From Octopus sinensis (Eukaryota), in the NCBI RefSeq assembly GCF_006345805.1, contig NW_021836173.1:1-64000 (forward strand): a stretch of DNA of 64,000 nt. Direction: 5' to 3'. The notes under the pieces were generated by a model. It had not been told where the DNA came from. It searched no databases and saw only the letters and a program-made list of their open reading frames with translations. How positions within the stretch are numbered: position 1 is the stretch's first letter; each line of letters opens with the position of its first letter. This document shows positions 43,901-53,615 of this stretch, one piece after another. Made by a program: the position numbers and the translations under genes.

Positions 43901-44696
43901 GTGCAGGGCTTGCCATGGGGTCCCTTCCAGCCTGTAGCTGAATGGTCTTAGGGAGGTCATCGTGCATATAGCTGACCAAGTCCAACAATGCTTCCCATCC
44001 CTGGCAACCCTGTACCAGTGCATCTGTATCACCCAAGATTATATCAAACCTCTTGAGATCATCGTTTATCATGTTTAGCCATCTGGTGCAGGGCTTGCCT
44101 TGGGGACCCTTCCAGCCTGTAGCTGAATGGTCTTAGGGAGGTCATCGTGCACAGAGCTGACCAAGTCCAATAATGCTTCCCATCCCTGGCAACCCTGCAC
44201 CAGTGCCTCTGCATCACCAAGATTATATCAAACCTCTGAAGATCATTCTTTATCATGTTCAGACATCTGGTGCAGGGCTTGCCATGGGGTCCCTTCAAGC
44301 CTGTAGCTGAATGGTCTTGGGGAGGTCATCGGGCGTAGAGCTGACCAAGTCCAATAATTCTTCCCATCCCTGGCAACCCTGTACTAGTGCATCTGTATCA
44401 CCCAAGATTATATCAAACCTCTTGAGATCATCGTTTATCACGTTCAGCCATCTGGTGCAGGGCTTGTCATGGGGTCCCTTCCAGCCTGTAGCTGAATGGT
44501 CTTGGGGAGGTCATCGTGCATAGAGCTGACCAAGTCCAATAATGCTTCCCATCCCTGCCAACCCTGTACCAGTGCCTCTAAATCACCCAAGATTATATCA
44601 AATTTCTGGAGATTTTCGTTTATCATGTTCAGTCATCTGGTGCAGGGTTCCCTTCCAGCCTGTAGCTGAATGGTCTTAGGGAGGTCATCGTGCATA
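40987..44696 (-). repeat. 185-bp satellite, block 2 (about 20 copies, inverted)
   Basis: Reverse complement of the block 1 unit. Repeated minus-strand ORFs read MINDDLKRFDIILGD(A/T)EALVQGCQGWEALLDLVSSMHDDLPKTIQLQAGRDPMASPAPDG. Confidence 0.97.
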
Positions 44697-45214
44697 TTGG
44701 ACTCTGCTCTATGCCCGATGAACTCCCCAAGACCATTCAGCTACAGGTTGGAAGGGACCCCATGGCAAGCCTTGCACCAGATGTCTGAACATGATAAAGA
44801 ATGATCTTCAGAGGTTTTATATAATCTTGGGTGATGCAGAAGCACTGGTGCAGGGTTGCCAGGGATTGGAAGCATTTTTGGACTTGGTCAGCTCTATGCA
44901 CGATGACCTCCCTAAGACCATTCAGCTAGAGGCTGAAAGGGACCCCATGGGAAACGCTGCACCAGATGATTGAACATGATAAACGATGATCTCCAGAGTT
45001 TTGATATAATCTTGGGTGATGCAGAGGCACTGTTACAGGGTTGCCAGGGATGCAAAGCATCATTTTACCTGGTCAGCTATATGCACGATGACCTCCCTAA
45101 GACCATTCAGCCATAAGCTGGAAGGTCCCCATGGCAAGCCCTGCACCAGATGACTGAACATGATAAACGATCTCCAGAGGTTTGACATAATCTTTGGTGA
45201 GTCAGAGGCACTGA
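44697..45214 (+). repeat. 185-bp satellite, block 3 (about 2.8 copies)
   Basis: Same unit on the + strand (ORF 44791..44973). Ends at GAGGCACTGA, as block 1 does. Confidence 0.93.
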
Positions 45215-45995
45215 CATATTCTGTATCTTGAAAACTTTTGATCTTATAATTACTCAAGAAATCACTGAAGTCTCAAATGTTTTCAGGGTATAAAATGTGT
45301 CAAAATATTGCAAATAAGCATAAAAAATGAACAAAATTTGCTAATTCATATTTGTTGTTTTTTAAATACGCATTTGCAATACATTGACACATGTATCTTG
45401 GAAACTTTTGACACTTTTTTTTTTTAATACTTATTTGCAATATTTTGACACATTTTATTTTCTGAAAAGTTTTATGAATTGAGTGAACTCTTGGATTTAT
45501 ATTTATCAAAGAGATCACTAAAGTGTCAAAAGTTTTCAGATTAAAAAAATACATGAAAATATTGCAAATAAGTACTAAAAAACAACAAATTTGAATTAGC
45601 AATTTTGTTCAATTTGTTATGCTTATTTGACAGGTTTTCTTTTCTGAAAGCTTTTATGAATTGAGTGATCTCTTTGGGTAAATACAAGTTAGCTGATTGA
45701 TAAAAAAATTAAATTTATCAAAATTTATCAAAATTGCTAATTTAAATTTGCAATATTGTATCCCGAAGGATCCAATATTGCAAATTTAAATTAGCAATTT
45801 TGAAAACACACAAAAAATACACAGAAAACAACCGAAAACACTCAAAAGACACTCAAAACAAAAAAGTCACAAAAAACTGATCCAAAAGACATATGCCTGA
45901 AAACTTTCGAGACTTCAGTGATCTCTTGGATAAATATAAGCTTTTTATCAATCAGTTAACTTATATTTACCGAAGAGATCACTCAAGTCAAAAAA
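45215..45995. repeat. Degenerate 141-bp-related fold-back repeat, paralogous to 38649-39725
   Basis: Shares CAAAATATTGCAAATAAGCATAAAAAATGAACAAAATTTGCTAATTCA (about 38691 and 45301) and the TATCAAAGAGATCACTAAAGTGTC...CAAAAGACA segment. A near-canonical monomer lies at 45896-45985. Confidence 0.85.
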
Positions 45996-46535
45996 GTGTT
46001 TTTTGTGTCTTTTTAGTGTCTTTGAAGAGTTTTTGTGTTTGTTTTGTGTGTTTTTGTGTCTGTTTTTTGTGACTTTTGAGTATTTTGATTTTTTTTACTA
46101 TGTTTCTTGTGTGTATTTTGTGTGTTTTATTTGTGCTTTCAAGAGTGTTTTGTGTCTTTTAAGAGTCTTTAGTGCTTGTTTTGTGTGTAGTTTTTGTGTG
46201 TTTTGAGTGTGTTTTGAGTGTGTTTTGAGAGTGTCTTGTAAACACAAGACTTTTTGTGTTTTGTCTTTTTTATGCATCTTTTTTATGCATTTGAAAAGTC
46301 TTTTGTTTTTGTTTTATGTGAGTTTTGCTTGTTTTTTGTGCTTTTTGTGTTTTTTGTGCTTTTTGTGTTTTTTGGGTAATGCTTGTTTTTAGTGTGTTAG
46401 TTTTGCCTTATGGTGTTTTTTCTGTGTTTTTTGTGCTTTTTGTGTTTTGTGTGTTTTGTATTTGTTTTGTCTGTGTTTTTTGTTTGTTTTGTGTGCTTTG
46501 CGTCTGTTTCGCGGGTGTTTTGTGCGTGAGGCGTG
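45996..46535. repeat. T/G-rich low-complexity tract
   Basis: TTTTGTG-type degenerate motifs with strong strand asymmetry. Similar tracts at 40810-40986 and 47520-47820. Confidence 0.8.
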
Positions 46536-46539
46536 TTTT

Positions 46540-46725
46540 TTCGTTTGTTTTGTGTAGCATTAGTAGAATTAGTAGTAGTTCAAATAGTAGAAGTATTAGT
46601 AGTAGTAGTAGTCGAAGTAGTAGTACTAGTATTAGTAGTAGTAGTAGTAGTTATAGTAGTAGTAGTTATAGTAAGTATTATTATTAGTAGTAGTAGTAGT
46701 ACAAATAGTAGTAGTATTAGTAGAA
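46540..46725. repeat. (AGT)n degenerate microsatellite
   Basis: AGTAGTAGT runs interrupted by ATT and CAAAT. Confidence 0.9.
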
Positions 46726-46728
46726 AAT

Positions 46729-46886
46729 GGTTAGGGTTACGTTTAGGGATAGGGTTAGTGTTCAGGGGTTGGGTTACCGATACTGTTGGAATTAGGGTTA
46801 TGTTTAAGGTTAGGTTTTTGGGGTTTGGGATACAGTTAGGGTAAATTTTAGGGTTTTTGTTAGGGTTAGTGTTGGGGTTGGGTTTG
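46729..46886 (+). repeat. Highly degenerate (TTAGGG)n telomere-like tract
   Basis: GGTTAGGGTTACGTTTAGGGATAGGGTTAGTG...TTAGGGTTAGTGTTGGGGTTGGG, with 6-bp periodicity. Confidence 0.8.
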
Positions 46887-47324
46887 AAAATAAACTTGCA
46901 TTGATTTAAGAGTTCACTGAAATCAGAAAAGTTTTCAGAAAACAAAATTCTAAGTATTGCAAATAAGCAAGTAAATGTGAACAAAATTGCAAATTTAAAT
47001 TTGTTTTTTCAGTGCACTCGTTACACATTTTTTAGATGTCATTTTTCTGACAAACACTTTGTTATTATCATTATAATTATTAATATTATTATCATTCTTA
47101 CATATTTGCATTATTTTGATACATTTAGATTTCTATGAATGACTTTAGTGATTGTAATAAAATATTTTATTACATACAATCTTATTATCGACCAGCTAAT
47201 ACATAGTTCCAAAACAACATTAAGTGAGTCAGAAAAGTGATGTCACAAATGTGTTAAATGTCCACTAAGAAGCAACAATTTCTCATTTGCAATTTTGTTG
47301 ACTTTTTCATGCTTATTTGCAATA

Positions 47325-47361
47325 CTAGTAGTAGTAGTACAAATAGTAGTACTAGTAGAAT

Positions 47362-47396
<35 letters not shown>

Positions 47397-47520
47397 AAAA
47401 TAGTAGTAGTAATATTAGTAGTAGTAGAAGTAGTTGTCATAGTAGACGTAATAATATTAGTAATAGTAGTAGTAGTATTAGTAATAGTAGTAGTAGTATT
47501 AGTAATAGTAGTAGTAGTTG
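47325..47520. repeat. (AGT)n degenerate microsatellite
   Basis: AGTAGT runs. Shares the AGTACAAATAGTAG and TAGTAGAATTAG interruptions with 46540-46725. Confidence 0.9.
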
Positions 47521-47912
47521 TGTTGTGTGGGTTGTGTGATTTCAGGTGTGTTTTGCATATTTCTTATGTCTTGTTTGTTTTGTTGCTGTTTTTTGTGTTT
47601 TGCGTTCCTGTTAGTTGTATTTTGTTTGTCTTCTGTGTATATTTTGTCTGTTTTGTGTGAGTTTAGTGTGTGCGTATTGTTTGTTTTGTAGTTTTTCGTG
47701 TTTTTTGTGCCTTTGGTGTGTGTTTTATTTGTTTTGTGTTTATTTTTGTTTTTTTTTATTGTGTGCATTTTGCGTGTGTTTTGTCGATGTTTTCTGTGTT
47801 TTATGTGAGTTTTGTGTGTGCATTTGCAATACTTTTCTGAAAACTTTTTCTGATTTCAGTGAACTCTTACAATCAACGTAAGCTTATTTTCTATCAATTA
47901 ACTTATATTTGA

Positions 47913-49522
47913 CACTAACTCAAACCCTAATGCTAACCATAAACCTAACCCCAACCTAACTCCAACCCTAACCCCAACCCTAACCTTAACCCTAACCCCA
48001 ACACTAACCCTAACCCTAACCCTAAGCCAAACTCTAACCCCAACCCTAACCCTAACCCCTCACCCTAAAACTAACCCTAACCTGACTCTAACCACTAGCC
48101 CTAACCGTAAACCTACTCCAAACGCTAACCCTAACCCTAACACTAACCTTAAAATTAATCAAACCCTAACCTAATCCTAACCCTAATTCTACCCCTAACC
48201 CTAACCCTAACCCTGACTCTAACCCCTGACCCTAGCCCTAAACTTAACCCTAACCCTAAAACTAACTCTACACCTAACCCTAACCCTATCCCTTACACTA
48301 ACTCTACAGCTAACCCTAACCCTAACCCTAACCCTAACCTCGACTCTAACCCCTAACCCTAACCCTAACCCTAACCCTAACTCTACCCCTTACCCTGACT
48401 CTAATCCCTGACCGTAACCCTAACCCTATCCCTAACCCAAAACCCAACCCTAACCCTAACCCTAACCCTAACCTTAACCCTAACCATAACACAAACTCTA
48501 CCCCTTACCCTAACCCTGAATCTAATCCCTGACCCTAGCCCTAACCGTAACCCTAATCCAAACCATAACCCTAACCCCAACCCTTTCCTTAACCCTAACC
48601 CTAACCCTACCCTAACCCTAACCCTAACACTAACTCTACCCCTTACCCTAACCCTGACTCTAATCCCTGACCCTAGCCCTAACCGTAACCCTAATCCAAA
48701 CCATAACCCTAACCCTAACTCTAACCCTAACACTAACCCTAACCCTAACCCTAATCCTAATCCTAACGCTAACCCTAAACTTAACCCTACCCTAACCCTA
48801 ACCCTAATCCCTGAACCTCGCCCTAACCCTAACCCTAACCTTAACCCTATCCCTAACCCTAACCCTACACTTAACCCAAAACCAAACCCTGACCTTAACC
48901 CTAATTCTACCCCTTACCCTAACCCTGACTCTAATCCCTGACCCTAGCCCTAACCCTAACCCTACACTTAACCCACAACCTAACCCTAACCCTAAATCTA
49001 CCCCTTACCCTAACCCTGACTCTAATCCCTTACCTTAGCCTAATCCAAACCATAACCCTAACCCTAACCCTAATGCTAACCCTAACCCTAACCCTACACT
49101 TAACCCTAACCCTAACCCTAACACTAACTCTATCCCTTACCCTAACCCTGACCCTAGACCTTACCGTAACCCTAACCCTAACTCTAACCCTAACCCTACA
49201 CTTAACCCTAACCCTAACTCTAACCCTAACCCTAACCCTAACTCTACCCCTTACCCTAACCCTAACCCTGACTCTAATTCCTTACCTTAGCCTAATCCAA
49301 ACCATAACCCTAACCCTAATCCTACACTTAACCCTAACCCTAACCCTAACACTAACTCTACCCCTTACCCTAGACCTTACCGTAACCCTAATCCAAACCA
49401 TAACCCTATCCCTAACCCTACACTAACCCTAACCCTAACCCTTTCCCTAACCCTTACTCTAACCCTAACCCTACCCTAACCCTAACACTAACCCTACCCC
49501 TATCCCTAACCCTAACCCTTAC
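47913..49522 (-). repeat. Interstitial telomeric array, degenerate (CCCTAA)n, i.e. (TTAGGG)n on the minus strand
   Basis: About 1.6 kb of CCCTAA with variants CCTTAA, CTCTAA, CCCTGA, CACTAA, CCGTAA and CCCTTA. Confidence 0.97.
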
Positions 49523-49598
49523 AATAGGATTTATATTTTTTAATTTTTAAGTGAGATTTGAAATATTGTAAATGTGTCTTAAATTTGGCAGGTATAAT

Positions 49599-49648
49599 GT
49601 ATGGACGGAAGGGTATGGACGGAAGGGTATGGACCGAAGGGTATGGAC
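49599..49648. repeat. 14-bp tandem repeat GTATGGACGGAAGG x3.5
   Basis: GTATGGAC at 49599, 49613, 49627 and 49641. Confidence 0.9.
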
Positions 49649-49669
49649 AGTGAAGTCGACTCAGAAGGA

Positions 49670-50988
49670 GTTATTGCCTGGAGGACTATGATAAATAGGA
49701 GGGGGGTGAGGACAGAACCTTGGTGGACCCCTACCTCTACCCTGAATTCTTTAGTATACTCGTTGCCAACCCTCACCTTACTGACAGCGTGTACATGGCT
49801 TGTACAGCTCTCACTAACCATTCATCTATCCCTAGTTTCCTCATTGATAAGGGATCGGGGGACTCTATCAAAGGCTTTCTGCATGTCAACGAAAGCCAGG
49901 TACAGGGGCTTATCTTTGGCTAGATATTTCTCCTGCAGCTGTCTTACCAGGAATATAGCATCAGTGGTGCTTTTCCCTGGCACTAAACCAAACTGCATCT
50001 CATCCAAGCTGACACTCACCCTAATCAGTTGGGCTATGACCCTCTCCGTAACCTTCATTACCTAATCCAACAGCTTGATACCTCTGTAATTATTTGTATC
50101 TAAAAGCGTGACCTTTACCTTTGTAGCAATTGACTATTATGCTGCTACACCAGTCATTGGGTATGACTCCTTCATGTATCACCTGGTTAACTATATGGGT
50201 GACTAGACTATAGCCGACACTACCAGATATTTTAAGCATCTCTGCAGTAATTCCTGATGGGCCTGGGGCTTTCCCTGTCTTCATTCCACTAATTGCCTTA
50301 ACTACTAAGGAACTGTCAACTCAGATAGCTGGTCCCTCTGTTGGGTCGACATTCGGCAGACTCTTTTTATCCCATTCATTTTTTTTATTCAGCAACCTTT
50401 CATAGTGGTGTCTCCAAACCTCTCTCTTTGCAGCCTCATTCAGTGTTAATGAACCATCATCTATGCGAACACATTTCTCTCCTACAACATCACGATTCTT
50501 TCTCACACACTGTCTTGCAACACAGAATACCTCCAGCCTTTGGTCCTCACGGCGCAGAACATTGGCAAATTTTTTCTTATCTGCTTCCCCTCTGGCTAAA
50601 TAAACCTGTCTCCTAGCTTCTCTTTTGGCAGTCTGATACAATTCCCTGCTACCACCATTTTTCCAGTCCTTCCAAGCCTGTCTCTTTTCTCTAATAGCCC
50701 TGTCTACAACATTGTTCCACCACCACGTTATTTTGAGTCGAGAGGGTACTTTACACCATCCACAGATCTGGTCCGTGGCAGGTTGTCCCTTAGAGACCTC
50801 CAGTAGTCTTCTACCCTATGTGAAGCTATATCTCCTACTACTTCGTCAACGGCTTCAAGTAATATGTCCCTAAGTCTCTGTCCATTCGCAGGATCTTTAA
50901 GCTTCCAGATCCTTCTTCTCCATGTTGGTCGTCTCTTAGACCTGATCCTGAAGTCACTAACTATTAGTCTATGTTGTGGGGTACATTC
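49670..50988 (-). mobile_element. RTE-clade LINE relic (end of endonuclease, linker and N-terminal half of RT), frameshifted and truncated at both ends
   Basis: Minus-strand peptides ECTPQHRLIVSDFRI, YQTAKREARRQV, MKTGKAPGPSGITAEMLK, QFGLVPGKSTTDAIFLVRQLQEKY, AFVDMQKAFDRVP and GVHQGSVLTPLLFIIVLQAIT. Closely similar to 62354-62632. Confidence 0.93.
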
Positions 50989-50999
50989 AATGTTGTCTG

Positions 51000-51237
51000 T
51001 GATTGTAGAACTTGTAACACGTCAGTTAGTGGGAAAACCCAATGCAACCATGGACAAGGCACCCTTAAAGCCCATTCTGGCTGTAAAAGAATCCTTTTCC
51101 AAGATTATTATTGATGTGGTTGGTCCATTGCCCAGAACAAAGGCAGGATATCACTACTTATTAACTGTATTGGATCACCAGAGACAATTCCGTTGAAAGA
51201 AGTTTCTGCAACTACTGTAGCTGATGCTTTGGTGAAG
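51000..51237 (+). mobile_element. Ty3/Gypsy LTR-retrotransposon integrase fragment
   Basis: CRTCNT/QLVGKPNATMDKAPLKPILAVKESFSKIIIDVVGPLPRTKAGYHYLLTVLD, then (frameshifted) PETIPLKKVSATTVADALVK. This is the end of the HHCC zinc finger plus the rve core start (DxxGPLP). Confidence 0.85.
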
Positions 51238-52811
51238 CAGATCACAATCCCTTACTTTTCATTAATAAAGTGAAAGGCACTAATCAGAGGATTCTGAGGT
51301 GGAGCTTGTACCTGCAACACAATTTAGTTTGAATATTTGTCATATTGCAGGAAATGCTAATTTACTTGCACTATCCAGGTGTTAGCACTTACCATGTATA
51401 TATTTTATGTACAAGTACATATTTGACTTCTACATTTTCTGGATGATATTTGTATCTTTTTGAAAATTGTTTATTGCGCATAAAAATTTTCCCTTTTAAG
51501 GGGAAAGGAATGTTAGGAAATATTAAATCCTAATGTTAAGTTAAACAGGTAAACAGTTTTTCATGCTGCACTGTCCATTGTCAAAATGGGGGAAGCTAGG
51601 TATTATTAGCCAAAACTGTGAAACTATAACATATTGGCTAGACCTTGGCAAACCTTTATAAGCAAAGATAATTATACCCCGCAGTTTTTCTGACAGTTTT
51701 TTCTGTGAGACAAAGTTGTTCAATTGGATTTTGGAAGCTGTGATTGTCTGCTTAGTTTACGCACTCTGTGCTTTGTGTTAGGTATTTAGGGATTTATTTT
51801 ATGCTCCAGGAATTCGCCAGAACTGCCGTCAGATTTTAAAAATTTCTGTGTCACATCTGGGTCTAAGGTTCAAAAATTGAATTTGTACTAAAATGGAAGT
51901 CCAGATTTTATGAAATCTAAATGTTTGGAATCCATCTTTTTGAAAAAGCAAATTTGTATGGCCAGGGTTTGTGTGAGGCCAATTTTGGTGAAACCAAAAA
52001 TTGTGAATCCAGAGTTACAGATCCAAGTTTGTGAAATCAAGTTGGTGAAGCCGCAATTCTGAGTCTGAATTTCTGAACTGTATTTATATGTTACCTTTGT
52101 AAATACTTTGACTGCATGTATTGTGTGGCATTGGTTTTTTGTTAATGTATATATTTGTTTTTGTATGTAGGCTGTTTTTTCCATGCTGACAATTGTTAAT
52201 AATATTTTACAAAAAATTTCATGGTGTGTTGTTGTTTTGGGTTCATCCTATCTTTGTTGATTCTGTAAATTCGGGTTATGGCCACCAGGTGGTAACAATA
52301 CAGACAGATATATGAATGTATGGAATTACAAACAGAACAGAAGACAATATCTGGAATTATTTTTCTCTTCTCAACAAGAAAAAAGGAACAACAAAATCTT
52401 TATGAAAAAGAAATATTTGAAAATTTAATACAGATGATTTTAAAAATGCATATATGTCTATATACATATATACATATTTATATACACACACACATAAATA
52501 ATGTAAGATATTTACAATCTAAGAGGTCAGTTCAAGGTGATCCTGTTAATGATTACATCATAGAGCACCTGTCATTCCCTCTGCCCAAATTAAGCCAAAA
52601 TAGGTGTAGGTAAGTAGGTGTGTGTGTACCTGTGAGCATGTCTTAGCTGATTCAGTGAAATACAACACTAGAACAATCAATGGAGTCATGACTATAACTA
52701 CATAAAATGTTCTTCAGACAAAGAAAACATTATTAGCTGTAGTCCTGGCTCCACTGAGTGATATTTGGTCTGTAGCAAGACACTAAGAAATTGGAAGTCA
52801 TTCAATACGTT

Positions 52812-52817
<6 letters not shown>

Positions 52818-52846
<29 letters not shown>
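52818..52846. repeat. (TA)n microsatellite
   Basis: Pure TA run. Confidence 0.95.
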
Positions 52847-52849
<3 letters not shown>

Positions 52850-52961
52850 TTTCAATTCTAGAGTGAATGGTATGTGCTTTGGCTCTCAAGAAATGTAAAT
52901 TGCTTCATCTGTTATAGTTTTATACATAATATCTGTGTGTATATACAGGTGTATGTATGTG

Positions 52962-52987
52962 CACACACACACACACACACACACACA
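52962..52987. repeat. (CA)n microsatellite
   Basis: Pure CA run. Confidence 0.95.
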
Positions 52988-53090
52988 GGCATGGCTATAT
53001 GATTAAGAAATTTTATTTGCAACCACATGATTTTCGGATTCAATACCCCTGTGCAGCATGTTGGGCCAGCATCTTCTACTATAGCTTTGT
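52988..53090 (+). mobile_element. Degenerate tRNA-derived SINE head
   Basis: A-box-like TGGCTATATGATTAAG and B-box-like GGATTCAATACC, followed by TTGGGCCAGCATCTTCTACTATAGC. Same family as 61399-61520. Confidence 0.6.
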
Positions 53091-53354
53091 GAGAGAAATT
53101 GATAGATGGAATCTCTCTCTCTCTCTCTCTGTGTTTTTGTTTTAGTAATGTTTTTGCTTGAAAGACAAAAGCAGTGACATTATGCTGACAACTGCCAGTC
53201 AAGAAATCCTCCTTCAAAGACAAGCAGAATAAAAATCACTAACTTGAAAAAAGAGTCAGCAAGAGGAAGAGCAGCAGAGTGGAACGCTTCAATAAAAAGC
53301 GTTTGTCTAACCTATACTAAAGGGGGGGGGACCAAACATTAAATCTGCGAACAA

Positions 53355-53615
53355 ATGTATATATATGTTTGTTGAGTGTAGTTATATGTATGTATATGTG
53401 TATACAAATACATGTACTTGTGTGAGTCGCACACAAATATACATGTGTGTACATATATAAACAGATAGATACTCATACAGGTAAATACATATATACAAAT
53501 ATATCTGTTTACATAATATATATATAGACGTACATGCACATATATACATTCATCCATACATATATACACATACATACATATTTATATATTATACGCATGC
53601 ACACACACATTCATA
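53355..53615. repeat. Compound (TA)/(CA)/(TACA) low-complexity tract
   Basis: Alternating purine-pyrimidine mosaic. Confidence 0.8.

Noticed and set aside
40987-44696. One TTAGGG per 185-bp monomer as a telomere-protein binding site
   Set aside because: A single hexamer in a 185-bp unit is not unlikely by chance, and it is mutated in several monomers (TTGGGG, TTGGTG, TTGCGG).
37657-44973. Tandem family of 60-aa small-protein genes (MINDDLKRFDIILGD...)
   Set aside because: Only 2 bp separate stop from the next ATG, several units have frameshifts, and copy differences look largely non-synonymous. The open frame is explained by LINE ORF ancestry plus homogenisation. Ribosome profiling or dN/dS could overturn this.
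39683-49426. Hydrophobic, poly-V/S/T, LTLT and RVRV ORFs
   Set aside because: These are translations of T/G-rich, (AGT)n and telomeric low-complexity DNA.
50864-51196. 110-aa ORF as one gene
   Set aside because: It is chimeric: the first part is antisense RTE sequence and the second part a Gypsy integrase fragment.
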